A stretch of DNA of 64,000 bases. It comes from Rhizodiscina lignyota. Lineage: Eukaryota. This document shows, one piece after another, positions 37,483-50,584 of the stretch. The notes below the pieces were generated by a model. The model searched no databases. It had not been told where the DNA came from and worked only from the letters and a program-made list of their open reading frames with translations. Where the stretch lies: NCBI GenBank assembly GCA_010015805.1, contig ML978135.1, positions 558,001 through 622,000 of the forward strand. The letters are read 5' to 3'. The translations under genes and the position numbers were made by a program. Position 1 is the stretch's first letter. Each line of letters opens with the position of its first letter.

Positions 37483-37516
37483 TCGGTTTCGTAACAATCC
37501 ATTCGGTTTCGTAACA
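37483..37516. repeat. Perfect 14-bp direct repeat TCGGTTTCGTAACA x2 (20-bp period)
   Basis: Copies at 37483-37496 and 37503-37516, ~560 bp upstream of the P450 ATG. Confidence 0.8.
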
Positions 37517-38076
37517 GTCAGCTCGTTTGTCGCGATCCAGTCTGTGCTTACCGAGAACTGCAAGGCGTGGGACAAATTTTAAGGATGACCCAATGGAGTT
37601 CTACCTGTCAACGTGGTTTGCCGAGTGGCAGAAGTGGCCATCCATCAATATCGGTCACATCCTCGAATCATCTCCCCATTCCACGCGCACGGAAGAGCCG
37701 CTACCCGATCACATCCCGGAATGCTTTTTGCGCCTGGATCCCTGGGGCCTTGACTCGGTGACTTGTGGTCTTATTACCCGGCTGTTGTGCTTACGACTAC
37801 TCGGCACCTTCGTTTAAGGCCTCCCCAAGCATGCCAACTGCCCATGTTGTATTACGTTACCCTGATCCGTTTTAGTTCAGGCTCCTATTTATCTCACGGC
37901 TTCTTCACGACTATCTCAACATCTACGCTAGCCAGCCTCAATCAGGTATCAAGAGGTGCTGAGTAAGTGACGTGGACAGGGATATACAGGCGCTTCCTTA
38001 AAGCATCTTGTTGCTTCCTCGAACAATCAACTGGATCAATACCACCCGAGGTTCTTCGCCAGCATCAAGATACAAG

Positions 38077-40071
38077 ATGAATGTCTTCTCATCCACCATG
38101 GAAATCCTTCCAGCGAAAGAGTTGCCGTTCGCACTGGTATTGTTAATGGTCGCTGCCGTACTATATCGTTATGTTCAGTACAGCAAGGGGCCAATGATCG
38201 ACCACATACCGATCTTGGGAAAAGAGCTTGGTGGAGTTGACAAGCGAAAAAGCGAATATGCGAAGAATGGTCTCTCAATGTTGAAGACTGGCTACCAGCA
38301 GGTTTGTCGTCATCAGTTTGTGACAATTGCTAAGTTCACCGAGCTGACGGTGTACAGTACAGCAGGGGAGTCGTTCGGATTGATACCGCCGATGGTAAAA
38401 TCTAACCTCTCTACTGGTATGCCGAAATGTTTCCAATGGCTGATTCACTTCCAGGACCTCGAATCTTGCTTGGCCCAGAGCTGCTCGAAGAGGTCAAGAG
38501 CAAACCTGACAGCGTTGTCGACAACAGAGGCCCCATTAGAGAGGTTCGTCATTTTGATATAGATCGACTTAGCATCTGGCTGCCCTTAAATTCAGCATAC
38601 CAGAGCCCATGGCCTGACACTTTTACAGTCGATATCGGCAAAGTATACCGCACTACCCGAGACAGACGCAATAATGCTTCACAATATCAAAGCCGAATTA
38701 ACACCAAAGTTGGGTATGTAATCCCGTCACTTGTGCGCCGAGTACTTGAGAAGTATTGTTCATACCTACTGATCATTGATGGACAGGAGCCTTAAACGAG
38801 AAGTTGTCAAAAGAGGTCGATTATGCAGTAAAGGTGGAATTGCCAGAAGCTAAAGGTGCGTTACATATAATACGTTCACATTAGAATCTCATACTCATAA
38901 ATGTTACACAGACTGGACCCCGGTTAAAGGATATGCAAAGCTTCTTCGAATCGTAGCCATGGCCTCAACCCGCATTTTCCTCGACTCGGACCTTGCGCAC
39001 AACGAGGAGTGGCTGGAGACCTCGATCGGATATACCGTTAGTGTTGCAAATGGCTCCCGCATGATCAAACAATGGCGCCCGTGGCTGAGGCCGTTCGTCT
39101 ACCGCTTTCTCCCGGAGATTCGAAAGCTTCATGAGACTCGAGCGACGGCAATCCGCTTGCTGAAGCCAATTATTCAGGAGCGCCGCGAGTCCGAGGGCAA
39201 AGAAGGGTATGAGAAGCCAAACGACTTTCTGCAGTGGATGATGGATGCGCGCATCAAGAAACACCTCCGGGATAAGGACTACTACTACCAGGCTGAGCTT
39301 CAACTTGTCCTGTCATTTGCCGCTATCCATACGACCACAAATGCGGTGACCAACATGTTGTATGACCTCGGGACAATGCCCGATGTTGTGGACATGATTC
39401 GACAGGAGGTTAAAGAGGAGTTGGAGAAGACTAATGGTGTCTGGGATGGAAAGTTGATGAAGTCCTTGAAGAAGACGGACAGCTTCATGAAGGAGAGCCA
39501 GCGACACAACCCGATCGGCTACAGTACGTTTCTATTCTCAACTCCTGTCAAGATGTCGCATTTGACTAACACGCATCGCAGCACTCTTTACTCGACGAAT
39601 CCTTAAGCCGTTCACCCTTTCGGATGGAACATACCTCCCAGCCGGCGCAAATGTCACCTCGAACTCGCACATGATCTCTCACGATAGTGATTTCGTTGGC
39701 GACAACCCATGGGAGTTTGACGCGTTAAGGTACTACAAGAAGAGCCTTGCAAGTGACGGCCCCGCCAAGGAGGCTGCTGGCAAGCACCAATTCGTGTCTC
39801 TATCTATGGGATCGCAAATGTTTGGCTATGGACGTCACGCTTGCCCGGGCCGCTTCTTCGCCGGCAACGAGATCAAGTTGATATTGGTGAAGATATTGAT
39901 GAGTTACGATATCAAGCTAGAGAATACGACGGAGAGGTACAAGAACTTCTCTTGGGAGGGCAGTGTGGGTGTTCATCATGTGATATGTTATATCTCTGCG
40001 CAGTTACTGACACGTCTTAGAACATGCCCGATGTCAGCAAGAACATCTTGATCAAGCGCTTGCAGACGTAG
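38077..40071 (+). CDS. Cytochrome P450 monooxygenase (ent-kaurene-oxidase-like class), 8 exons
   Basis: N-terminal TM anchor, I-helix FAAIHTTT, K-helix KESQR, heme motif FGYGRHACPGRFFA. Seven GT-AG introns give a continuous frame ending IKRLQT*. Confidence 0.93.
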
Positions 40072-40740
40072 AAAAACTCAAGTCCTCCCAATGAGGAAAA
40101 TACCCCCGAAGGCTCCGAGTCCTTCTGAATACTACAACATCGATAAGCCGGCGCTTCAGACTGGTTTAACTTAGTAGCGAAGATCAGCATGGCAGTTAGG
40201 TATCACAGTTGTCCTTCGATATTCACTTACTCCAGAGATGCTGGGATGGCACATTACTGCATGACGCTTCCCTACACCAGGGTAGCTGCGATATATGTAC
40301 ATACTCGGGAGTCTCGACACTTGTTTCGAGACGTGAATAATAATAATAATTTATTCAAAGATATGAGTTCTCGTACCTCTCATTTCTCTTCCTTCCTGTT
40401 CATTAAGCCTGGCTACACGCCTTTCCTATACCGCTCTGCTCGATTCTGCTTACATTGCCCATCCTTCAACCTGTTACCAAAACACCCTTTCCCATAACCA
40501 TTCTTCATTCCAGATATGGTGCAGCAATTCACACCACTATGCAGTTCCATTCCTAATCGTCATGCGCAACCGAGCGTATGCGCGAGCTACGCGAGCCATT
40601 CTTCTCTATTCGGAGAATTCCGATTTCGTACTTCGATACCGCTGCTCGTAGCAGGTCCGACAAATACGAGAAGAAGCGAAAAGCGCCGCCGCAAGCCCAG
40701 AAACCGGGCTACAAATGACAATAAACGATCTTATCCGTCA

Positions 40741-43349
40741 TCATTCAGGTTCGAATCCGACGCCAGGAAACAAATTCCTCCCGTTCATTTCCAGTCCGAA
40801 ATCCAGCAAAGTTAATATTCGCTTCCGAACCGCACTCGCCAGCGTCCCAGAATCTCCTTCCAAACATCCCTTATCTTCCTTCGACTTCCCTAGCCGCGCA
40901 TGCCACGCCCACAGTCCGTGCAATCCTCCCGGGAATGGTTCTCTTCTTCCATCCCACCCGTCCTTCAGCCTGTACTTCCCCTTTCCTTCCTCTTCCCTAA
41001 CACACGCTTTTAGCGAGTGCTGGTCCTGGTCCTTCACGCCGAGCGCGACGCCGTCCATGAATGGCAGCGGGTGCCGATTTATGCCACAGTGCGTGACTTT
41101 GGCGCACATCATGAGCATGCCTTCATTGAAGACCCAGTAGAACAGGCCAGGTCGCGGGCCGTCTGGGAAGCGTTCATTGTAGAGAGTCTCGTTGAATGTG
41201 AGGCTGCATGTCGTGGAAAGGACAGCATTCGTGGTGCGGGTGTTCGGTGGACCGAACACGAGGAGGTTGTTGTTCCAGGAGGCATCGCCAAACTACATTA
41301 CTGTTAGAAGTCGTTGTTCTCAACAGTACATTTAAGCAGCATGGAGCAACTTACCGCTGGAGCAGAAGGTCCACTGCGAATTAGCGGCGTGAGGTCCCGT
41401 AGCAGTATCGTGTCCGAATCGACCCACACTCCGCCGTACTTGTCGAGTAGAAGATTGCGAACAATGTCAGACATGCTGTCCTTACGAAGCTTGATTTTCT
41501 TCGCATACTCCTTGTCTGACCACTCTGGCATGTTCTCAACACAGGTTCCCGCCGCTTCTTGATCCGGGTGGAACTCGCGGAACTCGATGTAGTGGCCCCA
41601 CTCCCCAGTCGAATATTTGTCGATCACGGCTTGCGGAATATCGCTCTCCATATGCCAATAGATCACCCGATGTCCATCGCCAAGTCGCTGCGTTGCAAGG
41701 AATGCCTCGATCGCGAGAACATTCGTTTCATGCCAGGGTCCACGCCAGAAGAAGTGGAATATAAAGCCTCCTGGAGAGACCGGATAGACCGGGCACTCAG
41801 ACTTGAGGAATTCGAGCTCCCAATCAACAAGTTGGCTGGAGCTTGGAGTGATGTGATTGCTCTTGACGAAGTTTTCGACACAATCGACGGGGTTGTCCGT
41901 CTCGCCCCATACCGCTGGTGTGATGTTGTGTGGCGTGAAGAAGCGGTGCACATCGTCCAAAATGTCTACAGTTTGTTGTTCTGTAGGTTGGTAATAAGAG
42001 ACGAGATATGCAAGTATAGCGATCATTCCGACTGCAGTGTATAGCCGTGTCGGCGTTGGGGCTGGAAGAGAGGGGCGTTCGATGCTATTATCAGTATTTG
42101 GGCTGATGTGGCCATTTAGGCCAGATTCCATGTTATCAGTATTCTGCCCTTCATTTTCTGTGGTCGTAGGTAGAGGCTGGTAGCTGTGTCTGCTCGGCTG
42201 TACGCTTGTATAATAGTTATATGCCCACGTGGAAATGCTGATTATTCCCGCGCCCCATACTGCCTTGACCGTGAGAGTCTCTGCTCGGAGATGCGGGAAC
42301 AGCATGCATTGCACGATTGCCACGGTCACCATGGAAGCCGAAGTGCCAGCAAGCTTGACTAGGTTGTCTTTCTTGCGGAGAATGTTTGCAACCACTAAGC
42401 CCGTGGCAGCGGTAAATATGATGACTGTAGTGTTTGCAAGAAGGGGCAGGCTGAGGTTCGGTTGGATGCCTTTGATGACGTCTTGTACGGAGACCGATCG
42501 ACTGATTCTTGCATCCATGATGGCAACACTAATACCAGAGAACAGAGTGCCCCACACGTAGAGCCAGAACTAAGAGCAAAAGGTCAGTCTCGACCTCACA
42601 CGTCAACTGATATGTCCACCTTACCTGTGCTGTCCAGAAGGGGATTGGCTGCTTCATTATCAGCTCCGTGTATATGCTTGTGAACCCAGAGATGATGGCA
42701 ATGGTCAGTCCGATAATGGTTCCCGTCAAATACTGGCCGCCAGTTGCGTTACCGTCATCCCCATACCCATAGCTCATGCCTATTAGCGCCGACAGGCGAT
42801 CAACGAAAGCCATTGGGTTCTGAAAAATGAGGAGGCCAATGGAAAGACATGCCAGTGATAGCCATGGCCTCCAGTCCAGTAACCTTCGAACAATGAGATG
42901 ATGTAAGATCGCGGTGATTGGGAGCTTGGCAAGGACAGCAGCCTGCAGCAATGAGGGTGTCGTATACTGTAGACCAATGAGGTATAGAATGTTATTGGCA
43001 AAGTAGAGTAACGCAGGAAAGGCGTAGAGTGTGTATCCTTTCAGAAATCGGCTCCTTCCAGGCGACTCTTTTAAGTTGACGGCGTCGATAAAATCCCTTA
43101 GCGTCAAAGTACCAGTCTTTCTCCGCAGACTACGGAGTAAAAAGAACGATGCGAATAGAAGTTTGACAACTTCCGCTCTGGCGCAATGTTAGTGGCGTCT
43201 TGCATCATATTCACGATGACCACGTACCCAAATGTGATGAGAGTCGACGAAATCAGTACATTGGATTGCAGAGCGCCATACAAAAGAACTGTTCTAAGGG
43301 TATCAAAAGCCACGAACGCCGGAAGGAAAAAGTAGTGGTTGTAAGTCAT
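40741..43349 (-). CDS. Nucleotide-sugar transporter (SLC35A/UDP-Gal-type) fused to a DxD glycosyltransferase (GT32-like), ~813 aa, 4 exons
   Basis: Exons 43228..43349, 42625..43177, 41355..42569, 40741..41292. Transporter motifs AEVVKL, YAFPALLYFANN, KLPITA, WLSL, SGFTSIYTE, DNLVK. GT motif SDIVRNLLLDKYGGVWVDSDTILLRDL. Confidence 0.85.
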
Positions 43350-44450
43350 CGCGATGTTCAATGCGACAGACCGCTAAATGAACAACAGATGGAAAGAGAG
43401 CGTGTGAATGGAAATGAAGAGCATCAGAGATGACAAGTAATTTTTCTTTAAGAGGAGGCGTCCCCGTCCTCAACGTTGACTCTCGCTTGTGCAACTGTTA
43501 CCGCTGGTTATGCGAGGGGTACGCGCCGCCTCCCAACACCACCCTGTCCAATAACATGTTTAATAATTGCAAATGGAGTGGTGAAAGAATCACAGATATA
43601 AAGACCTGAGTCGTGTTTGTCCAAAAAGGGGCGGTTTTGTGGCCATGAATGGCTGCCCAACATGCATAATCCCTATTAGGTACCGTTTACGCCGCTATCC
43701 TTGCGAGCTGAGTAGATACTATCCAGCTACAGTTGTGTTAGAGCTGACGATCAGATCTTATCATAGCATTGCCGAGAACTTCAAAAGTATCTTGGCAACG
43801 ATAAAGCATATTAACTCTTCTCAGTTTTTGTTATGTCTTGATACTTAGGGCGATTGCAATTTTCGTTAGTCGGGCTGCCGCATATGCAACTCATGCATCT
43901 CGATTCCAATAGCAAGAGCGCCGATTTCCGACTCTTTCTATCGTCGTTTAGAAAAGTCGAGCTCGGTATGTTTCCCCACGTCCAGAACATCTTATACGAT
44001 TTTCGGTCGAGAAGTATTCCGTACTCCGTAAATGAGGCGCTATCTGCGCCGTGGCAGCTTGAAGCATATCAGCGAATAGGCTCGGGCGTCCTGCCATAAA
44101 GGCTAGTCGGCGAGCTCGTGAACGAAAATTGAAAGCCTTTTGATCATTTAAATAAGGGTCCGCAGAGCTCCAGGACTCCAAGTAAGTGTTAGCGGTGTAC
44201 AAAGACATTCGAATTACAACTCAGAGTCAAGCTTACCCGTTGGATACCCCAGCAGAGTGGTTCAGTTTCTGCGCATGTTTATGTTTGCGATGATGCATTG
44301 AGATCGGAGAAAAGAAGGGTGGGGGTATAGTGGAAGATTTCCAATTTGCTAAGAGATATCTTTGATAATCTCGCGCGAGTCGCACCGCTGCAGGGGCTAT
44401 TAATACATACAACACGAAACCCCGGCTCTTCCCGCCTTTAGCATGCAAGC

Positions 44451-45568
44451 TTAACTGATGAAACATAAGCATCCGAGACCGATATAGAAAATAAACAGCG
44501 GGTATACGGCAATAGCAACGCGATTTCTTAGGACGCCAGAGCCACCAAGGATACTGACACCTGCTGCGAGCGACCACAGGATCAAGACTATGTATACGGG
44601 GATGCGCGCAATCCAGTAGAGGTGGAAAGCTGAGAGGATCGAGGCGATTACAAGAGGGAAGATGGTGTAACCGATGATGCAAACGGATTGGAAGAACGAA
44701 CTGCAACGTAGTCAGTTTTCGCATCTCTGATACGTCGCTGGATGAGATGGCATACATGTTCCCTCCAAGAAGCTTGATCTGCAAAGTCACAACGGCTTCG
44801 CCGACCCAAACCATTGTGAAAACGCCGGAGAAGACAAGCTGCTTCTGGTCTTCGTGTGCAGACATTGAGAGGAAGAAGCTGAGCAGAAGACAGAACAGCA
44901 ACGGGCCCCTTGACGAGTATTAGCAAATTGTTCGAAAGGTCGTTTTGGATGATTGTACCATAAATCCCAATCTCTCAAGCCCTCGCTCATGCCTCCTTGC
45001 AGCACGACGTCGGCATCTGGCCATCTGCCAACAAGCCCTCTGAGCCTGTCCGTCACGTTCCCCTCTCCGCCCATAAGGCCTTGAGCAGCTTCTCCTCTCT
45101 CCTCTCCGCCAATACCGCCGCCTTCTCTCATAAGCATGCCGCCAAGGAGATATTTAGGCCATAGCACAAGCATCATCTTCTCCCACACAGCCTTCAGGTC
45201 TCGTGACAACGTTTCCCAGACGCTCTCGTCAATTGTGTTCGTAGGTGCTCTCCGGTCTTCTCCCGGTATTTGCGATGTGAGATAGTTCTGAGTGCTGCGT
45301 GAGGAGCCTTGAGCTTGTCCGATGTTGCCCGTCAACGGGGCGCGATCGGAGGTACCAGAAGGATTAATAGGATCGTCGAGGTCATCGAGAGTTGCTGCAT
45401 AACAGTCAGCATACTGTTTATACCCCCTCAAGCGGCATAGAGGTTGAGAGCAGTGGACATACCGTCGTCGGGGTCGATGAGGTCGCGCTCAATTGCGTCG
45501 TTGTCAAAGTTGCTGTAAGGGTTGGCGGAGTTACCGCCACCAGATGAAGATGGCATCATGGCTGCCAT
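44451..45568 (-). CDS. YIP4: Yip1-domain Golgi membrane protein (Yip4/YIPF6-like), 4 exons
   Basis: NTIDESVWETLSRDL, LRDWDLW-GPLLFCL, TLQIKLLGG, C-terminus ...YPLFIFYIGLGCLCFIS*. Confidence 0.88.
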
Positions 45569-45853
45569 CTTGCAAGCTTCTTCAGAGCATTCAAGGCAGG
45601 AGTCGTGGGTGTAAAAGCTGGTCGTCAGAGCTGAGCAGGCAACTCAATTGCAGCCCTGTGGCCTCAAGCTCGCCGAATCTGACGCCCCTGCCGCGCGTCT
45701 AAATTTGCCGATTCTCGGTGCTAAGCGCGGAAAATGTCCAAGGGTCCCCACGCTTATGACGCAGCTTGCAGGTAAAGTTAAAGTTTTCCGCCGCATCGAG
45801 TCGTGTCTGGGTGCACTGTACGAGTTGTCTTCCGTTCAATTGGTATTCCAACG

Positions 45854-47249
45854 ATGCCGGAAGAAAAGATTCTGGACGATATATCACATCGACGGTATAA
45901 TCCGCTACGAGGCAGCTGGTTGTTGGTCTCGCCGCATCGGACGAAACGGCCATGGCAGTATGATTTCACGTGTGAAAAGTTGGGACGAAAGAAGAGCTGA
46001 TGCATGGCACAATATAGAGGACAGCAAGAGGCGCCGAGTAAAACCACGCTTCCAGAATATGACCCTTCAGTACGAATACTCTTCTGTGAATTTCTCCGGT
46101 GCCGTTTCTGAACAGCGTCCAGTGCTACCTCTGTCCGGGCAATAAGCGGGCGCAAGGCGACACCAATCCCAAATACGAAAGCACATTCGTATTCGTGAAC
46201 GACTACAGCGCTGTGAAAGAGGAACAAGCAGAATATGCCGCTCATGATCAAGATGGCAGTATGTCTTTCTAGCTTTCTCAACAAGTGTCCAGCAATGCGC
46301 CGGTACTCACGATTGTATCCAATCCAGCACTCTCTACACGTCTTCTGCGCGCCGAAGCAGTAACAGGGAAATGTTATGTTCTCGCTTTCACTCCGTCGCA
46401 CAATCTCACTCTCGCCGACCTATCTCCCGCGCAAATCCTACCTATCATCACCGCCTGGACTCGAATTTATACCGCACATCTCTCTCCGCACTCCCCACTC
46501 GCTGCACTTGCATCGTCTACCACTCTCCAGCCTTCTAGCCATGATGCCGACGTCGCAACACCCAATGCGCAATACAAATACATGCAAATTTTCGAGAACA
46601 AGGGCGCCGCGATGGGTTGCTCGAATCCGCACCCACACGGACAAATATGGACAACCACAGGCATGCCAGAGGAACCAGGCATTGAACTGCACAACCTGCA
46701 GAAATATAGGAGAGAACAAGGAGGTGCGAACCTGCTTGAAGATTATGCGGCGCTGGAGAGTGACAAGAAGGAGAGAACGGTGTTCGAGAATGCGACCTTC
46801 ATCGCAGTATGCCCGTGGTGGGGGATATGGCCATTCGAAGTAATGGTCATATGCAAGAAGCACAAGCTTAGTCTCGTAGATCTGGACGATGCCGAGCGAG
46901 AAGGACTGGCAGAGGTGCTAGCTGAGGTGACTCGAAGATACGACAACTTGTTCGAGACCCAATTTCCATACAGCATGGGATTACATCAGGCACCATTGGA
47001 GGGAACAAAAGAGGAAATAGAAGCAAGTCATCTCCATATACACTTCTATCCTCCGCTATTGAGAAGTGCGACGGTACGAAAGTTTTTGGTTGGGTATGTA
47101 GAGATAGAGTGGACTCATCCAAAAGGAGCTAATGCTAACCCACATGCAGGTACGAACTGATGGCGGAGCCGCAGAGGGACATCACCCCAGAGCAGGCGGC
47201 GGCACGGTTACGTGATTGCGGTGGAGAGTTGTACAGGAGAAAACTCTAG
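45854..47249 (+). CDS. GAL7: Galactose-1-phosphate uridylyltransferase, ~5 exons
   Basis: [48 protein letters not shown] (catalytic HPH), [22 protein letters not shown]. Confidence 0.97.
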
Positions 47250-47405
47250 ATTTGTTGACTAACACAATCGATAGAACGTCTGCTTTGCTCGCAACTCAGT
47301 ATGCGAATGCTTCAAGAACGATATCAGTATGGATGTTTCCGTGCTAGCTAATGAATGTACTCGCCTACCAGGGCTCGCCATATGGCCATCTGCTGCACGG
47401 TTCCC

Positions 47406-47994
47406 TTACTTCACGTAGTGACTCCTCTGTAAGAGCATCCATGGCAAGCTTATTGAAGCCACAACGATAGGTCCAATAAGACCTCGATTCCATCTCGTCG
47501 TCTTGAAGTAGAGCCACTCCGCGTAGAAGTGAAAAGCAGCAATCTGTGCATCAACTAGAACTTTAGTACAAATCTCTGACAATAGCTTTCAAGGAAAGTT
47601 GGGAGTCTTACAGTAAAAGTCCACGTCGCCATATCATACCAGCTCCTCTCATTGATGTGATACGCAGCATACAGTCTCACAATACTGGTCAAGAACGTCC
47701 ATGTCCCAAAGGTCCTTCCAGACAGCGGCGTTGCAGGACTTGCGCTCTTTAGGTCGGGGCCAGAGTAGACTTGTGAGGTATAATGAAGCGTCAAATATGC
47801 TTGTACGCTGTTTCCAATTGACACGACTGCAAGCTTCAAAGATTATTAGACAAATTAAAATGGCCAGAATAGGGGTAGATAGGTACGAAACGAGGCATTA
47901 ATTAGAACAAGTAGAAAAGGAGAATACATACGAACAGCAGCCATTTTGGAAGCACGCCTCCTTGTGAAGGAAATAGAGTTGAAATTGAATCCAT
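47406..47994 (-). CDS. ERG28: Ergosterol biosynthesis scaffold protein Erg28, 3 exons
   Basis: GVLPKWLLF, SIGNSVQAY, TPLSGRTFGTWT, RLYAAY, HFYAEWLYFKT, WMLLQRSHYVK*. Confidence 0.93.
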
Positions 47995-48239
47995 TTTAAT
48001 TCACTAAACACCCTGATGATGCTACATACAAAGTGTTGAGTACGACGATGAAGGTTTGACAGTCTCTCGGAAGCTCCGTATTTGAATTTCATACGGAGAA
48101 GGTCCAAGCTCCTTTATCCCTGCAGCTTCGCCAGCTTGCCTAGAAAAAGTGTCGCGAGACACTGCCACGCAGCTCAACGCGTCGATTCAAGCTTGCGACT
48201 CTTCTCTTCCCAAGTAAACTTCAAATTCCAGAGTTCACC

Positions 48240-49307
48240 ATGGACAAGTCGGGGAATACGGGTAGCTTGGATGATTACAACTACTTCACCCATCCGGCCT
48301 TTCAGATCTTCACGGTCATCGGCCTCCTGTATATATCCACAAAGATTGCGAGCTTCGTGCAGCTAGTGGCAAGCATCTTTGTCTTGCCTGGCACATCCGT
48401 ACATTACCAACCCTTCTAAATCACCCGATATAATGCTAACATCTTACCTTAGCTCTCTAAATTCGGTCCCAAGGGAAGCTGGGTTGTCATAACCGGTGCG
48501 TCCGACGGTATTGGGAAAGAGTTCGCCCTCCAGCTTGCGCAGAAAGGCTTCAACCTCGTCCTCGTATCGCGTACAGCCTCGAAGCTCCAAGACCTTTCGA
48601 CTGAAATCAAAGACAAACATGGCGCCGAGTCCAAAGTGCTCGCCATGGACTTCTCCGCAAACCGCGATAAAGACTATGTGGCGTTGGAGAAGCTTATCAA
48701 GGACCTCGACATCGCCATTTTGATAAATAACGTGGGCCTGAGCCACGCTATACCGGTGCCGTTCTTGGAGACACCACACGAGGAGATGACGAATATCATC
48801 ATGATCAATTGTTTAGCTACGCTCAGGGTAACGCAGATCGTTGCGCCGAGCATGGTGGAGAAAGGACGGGGATTCATTCTTACAATGTCCTCGTTTGGTG
48901 GTCTGCTACCTACACCTCTCCTCGCAACATACTCTGGTAGCAAGGCTTTCCTCCAGCAATGGTCATCAGCTCTCGGCTCGGAACTCGCACCAAAGGGCGT
49001 CACCGTGCAATGCGTTCAGTCGTACCTCGTCACTTCCGCCATGTCGAAAGTGCGAAGATCCACCTCCCTCATTCCAAGCCCAAAGACATTTGTCAGGAGC
49101 GTTCTGGGCGGCATTGGTCAAAGTAGAGGTGCACAGGGGATGGCATACACGAGCACACCATTCTGGACTCATGCGTTTATGCACTGGGGCCTCGCTAATA
49201 CCGTGGGGACCATGAGCACGATGGTGGTGAATATTAACAAGAGCCTCCACGAGGGAATTAGGAAAAGAGCGCTAAGGAAGGCGGAGAGGGATGCAAAGAA
49301 ACAATGA
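48240..49307 (+). CDS. IFA38: Very-long-chain 3-oxoacyl-CoA reductase, 2 exons
   Basis: N-terminal TM segment, [36 protein letters not shown], dilysine-like tail ...DAKKQ. Confidence 0.92.
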
Positions 49308-50584
49308 GCCTGTCCAGGGCACCCTTTCAATACCTACTCTCGAATTTCTCTTTGGCACTGGATTTAATTTCGATGCTTGGTTTGGACATCTTGATTCGGT
49401 GGCAGCATCGACGGCCATGTAATATTCACGCATAATGAATGGGATGGTATGCATGATACGTGTTCACCATTCACACGGCAGCCGGGCGGAGCTCTGGGCG
49501 CATTTTCATGTAGCGAGCATGTGAAGGACATTTTACACAGTACCTTTGTCTTTCCCTGTAAATCTCGATAATTCTCCAATGGGAAAGCGCAACAAACATG
49601 GGGTGCCCCAAATCGAGATGTAACCGGCCCATGGCATCGCGTGCTTTTGTAAGACGGGAACAACTATTAAATCCCCATTAATGTATAAAAGCATGATTCG
49701 CGAGGCAATTGATGCCACCGGTTGATTTTGCTCTATCTGGTGCTTGCGGAAGGTAAAATTTTGTTCCAATCTACCCACTGCGCTGCGTCTACGGAGTAAA
49801 AGGCTAGCGAATCTATTCTACAGGCCTAACGACAGTCACTTCCTGTTCCCTTTCAATAAAGGTGGTAATGGCCTAGACTCATATATTTCTCCACGCCCAA
49901 AAATTCTATATATCAGTATTTCTTTCCAACTCTTACTTTCCTTCTGTCAACGTTGACTATAACGCTCTATCCTTCAATTCCATTCGAGATGCCCTAACCC
50001 TACCTTTACTCTCGGCCCGGCTCCTCCACTCTGCAATACGACAACGTACCACCTGACACTTATAGCCATTTATCCAGTCATACGAAGGTGGAACGCACCC
50101 CGCAAAATATCATGCAAGCCAAACGGTTAGTGCCGCTGGAACAACCAAAAGCTGCAGGACGACATCATGGATCGGTTTAGATTCCGGCCCAATGTGCGTT
50201 TGTCGTGTCATTTCCGCGTCTTCCAACGAGAATTTTTGCAGGATCGGGACGACAACCGTCCAATTGGTTGAGATGGACCTTCTGGCATGTGCAGCGATCC
50301 ATGAACAAGCTTCGGCCAAGCTTTACAATTGCAACCTCGCGGAGATGTTCGCGTGGTTCGAGCTTCCCAGTTCGGGTTTCGTGGTGAGATGTCCCGAGCA
50401 AATGAGCTCACATCTCCCGCGAACGGCGGACGCGAACGGTGAAGGAAGCTTTCGATCTACATACATGGCCCACTAGTGGAGAATATTACGAATATGGGGA
50501 AAGGCGAGGAGGTTTAAATGGAGCTCCACCGCCCCGCCTCCGTCACAATTCGGTGGACCTACCTCTCTTGATCCTTTGGCTGCC

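Noticed and set aside
37483..37516. CRISPR-like repeat-spacer
   Set aside because: Only two 14-bp copies with a 6-bp spacer in eukaryotic DNA; no cas genes.
44233..44901. 222-aa ORF as a separate gene
   Set aside because: Internal exon of the Yip1-family gene read through an intron into the wrong frame.
49470..49487. TTCACACGGCAGCCGGG resembling the anticodon-arm 3' half of a fungal tRNA-Glu
   Set aside because: No D arm, T-loop or acceptor stem around it; too short to call.
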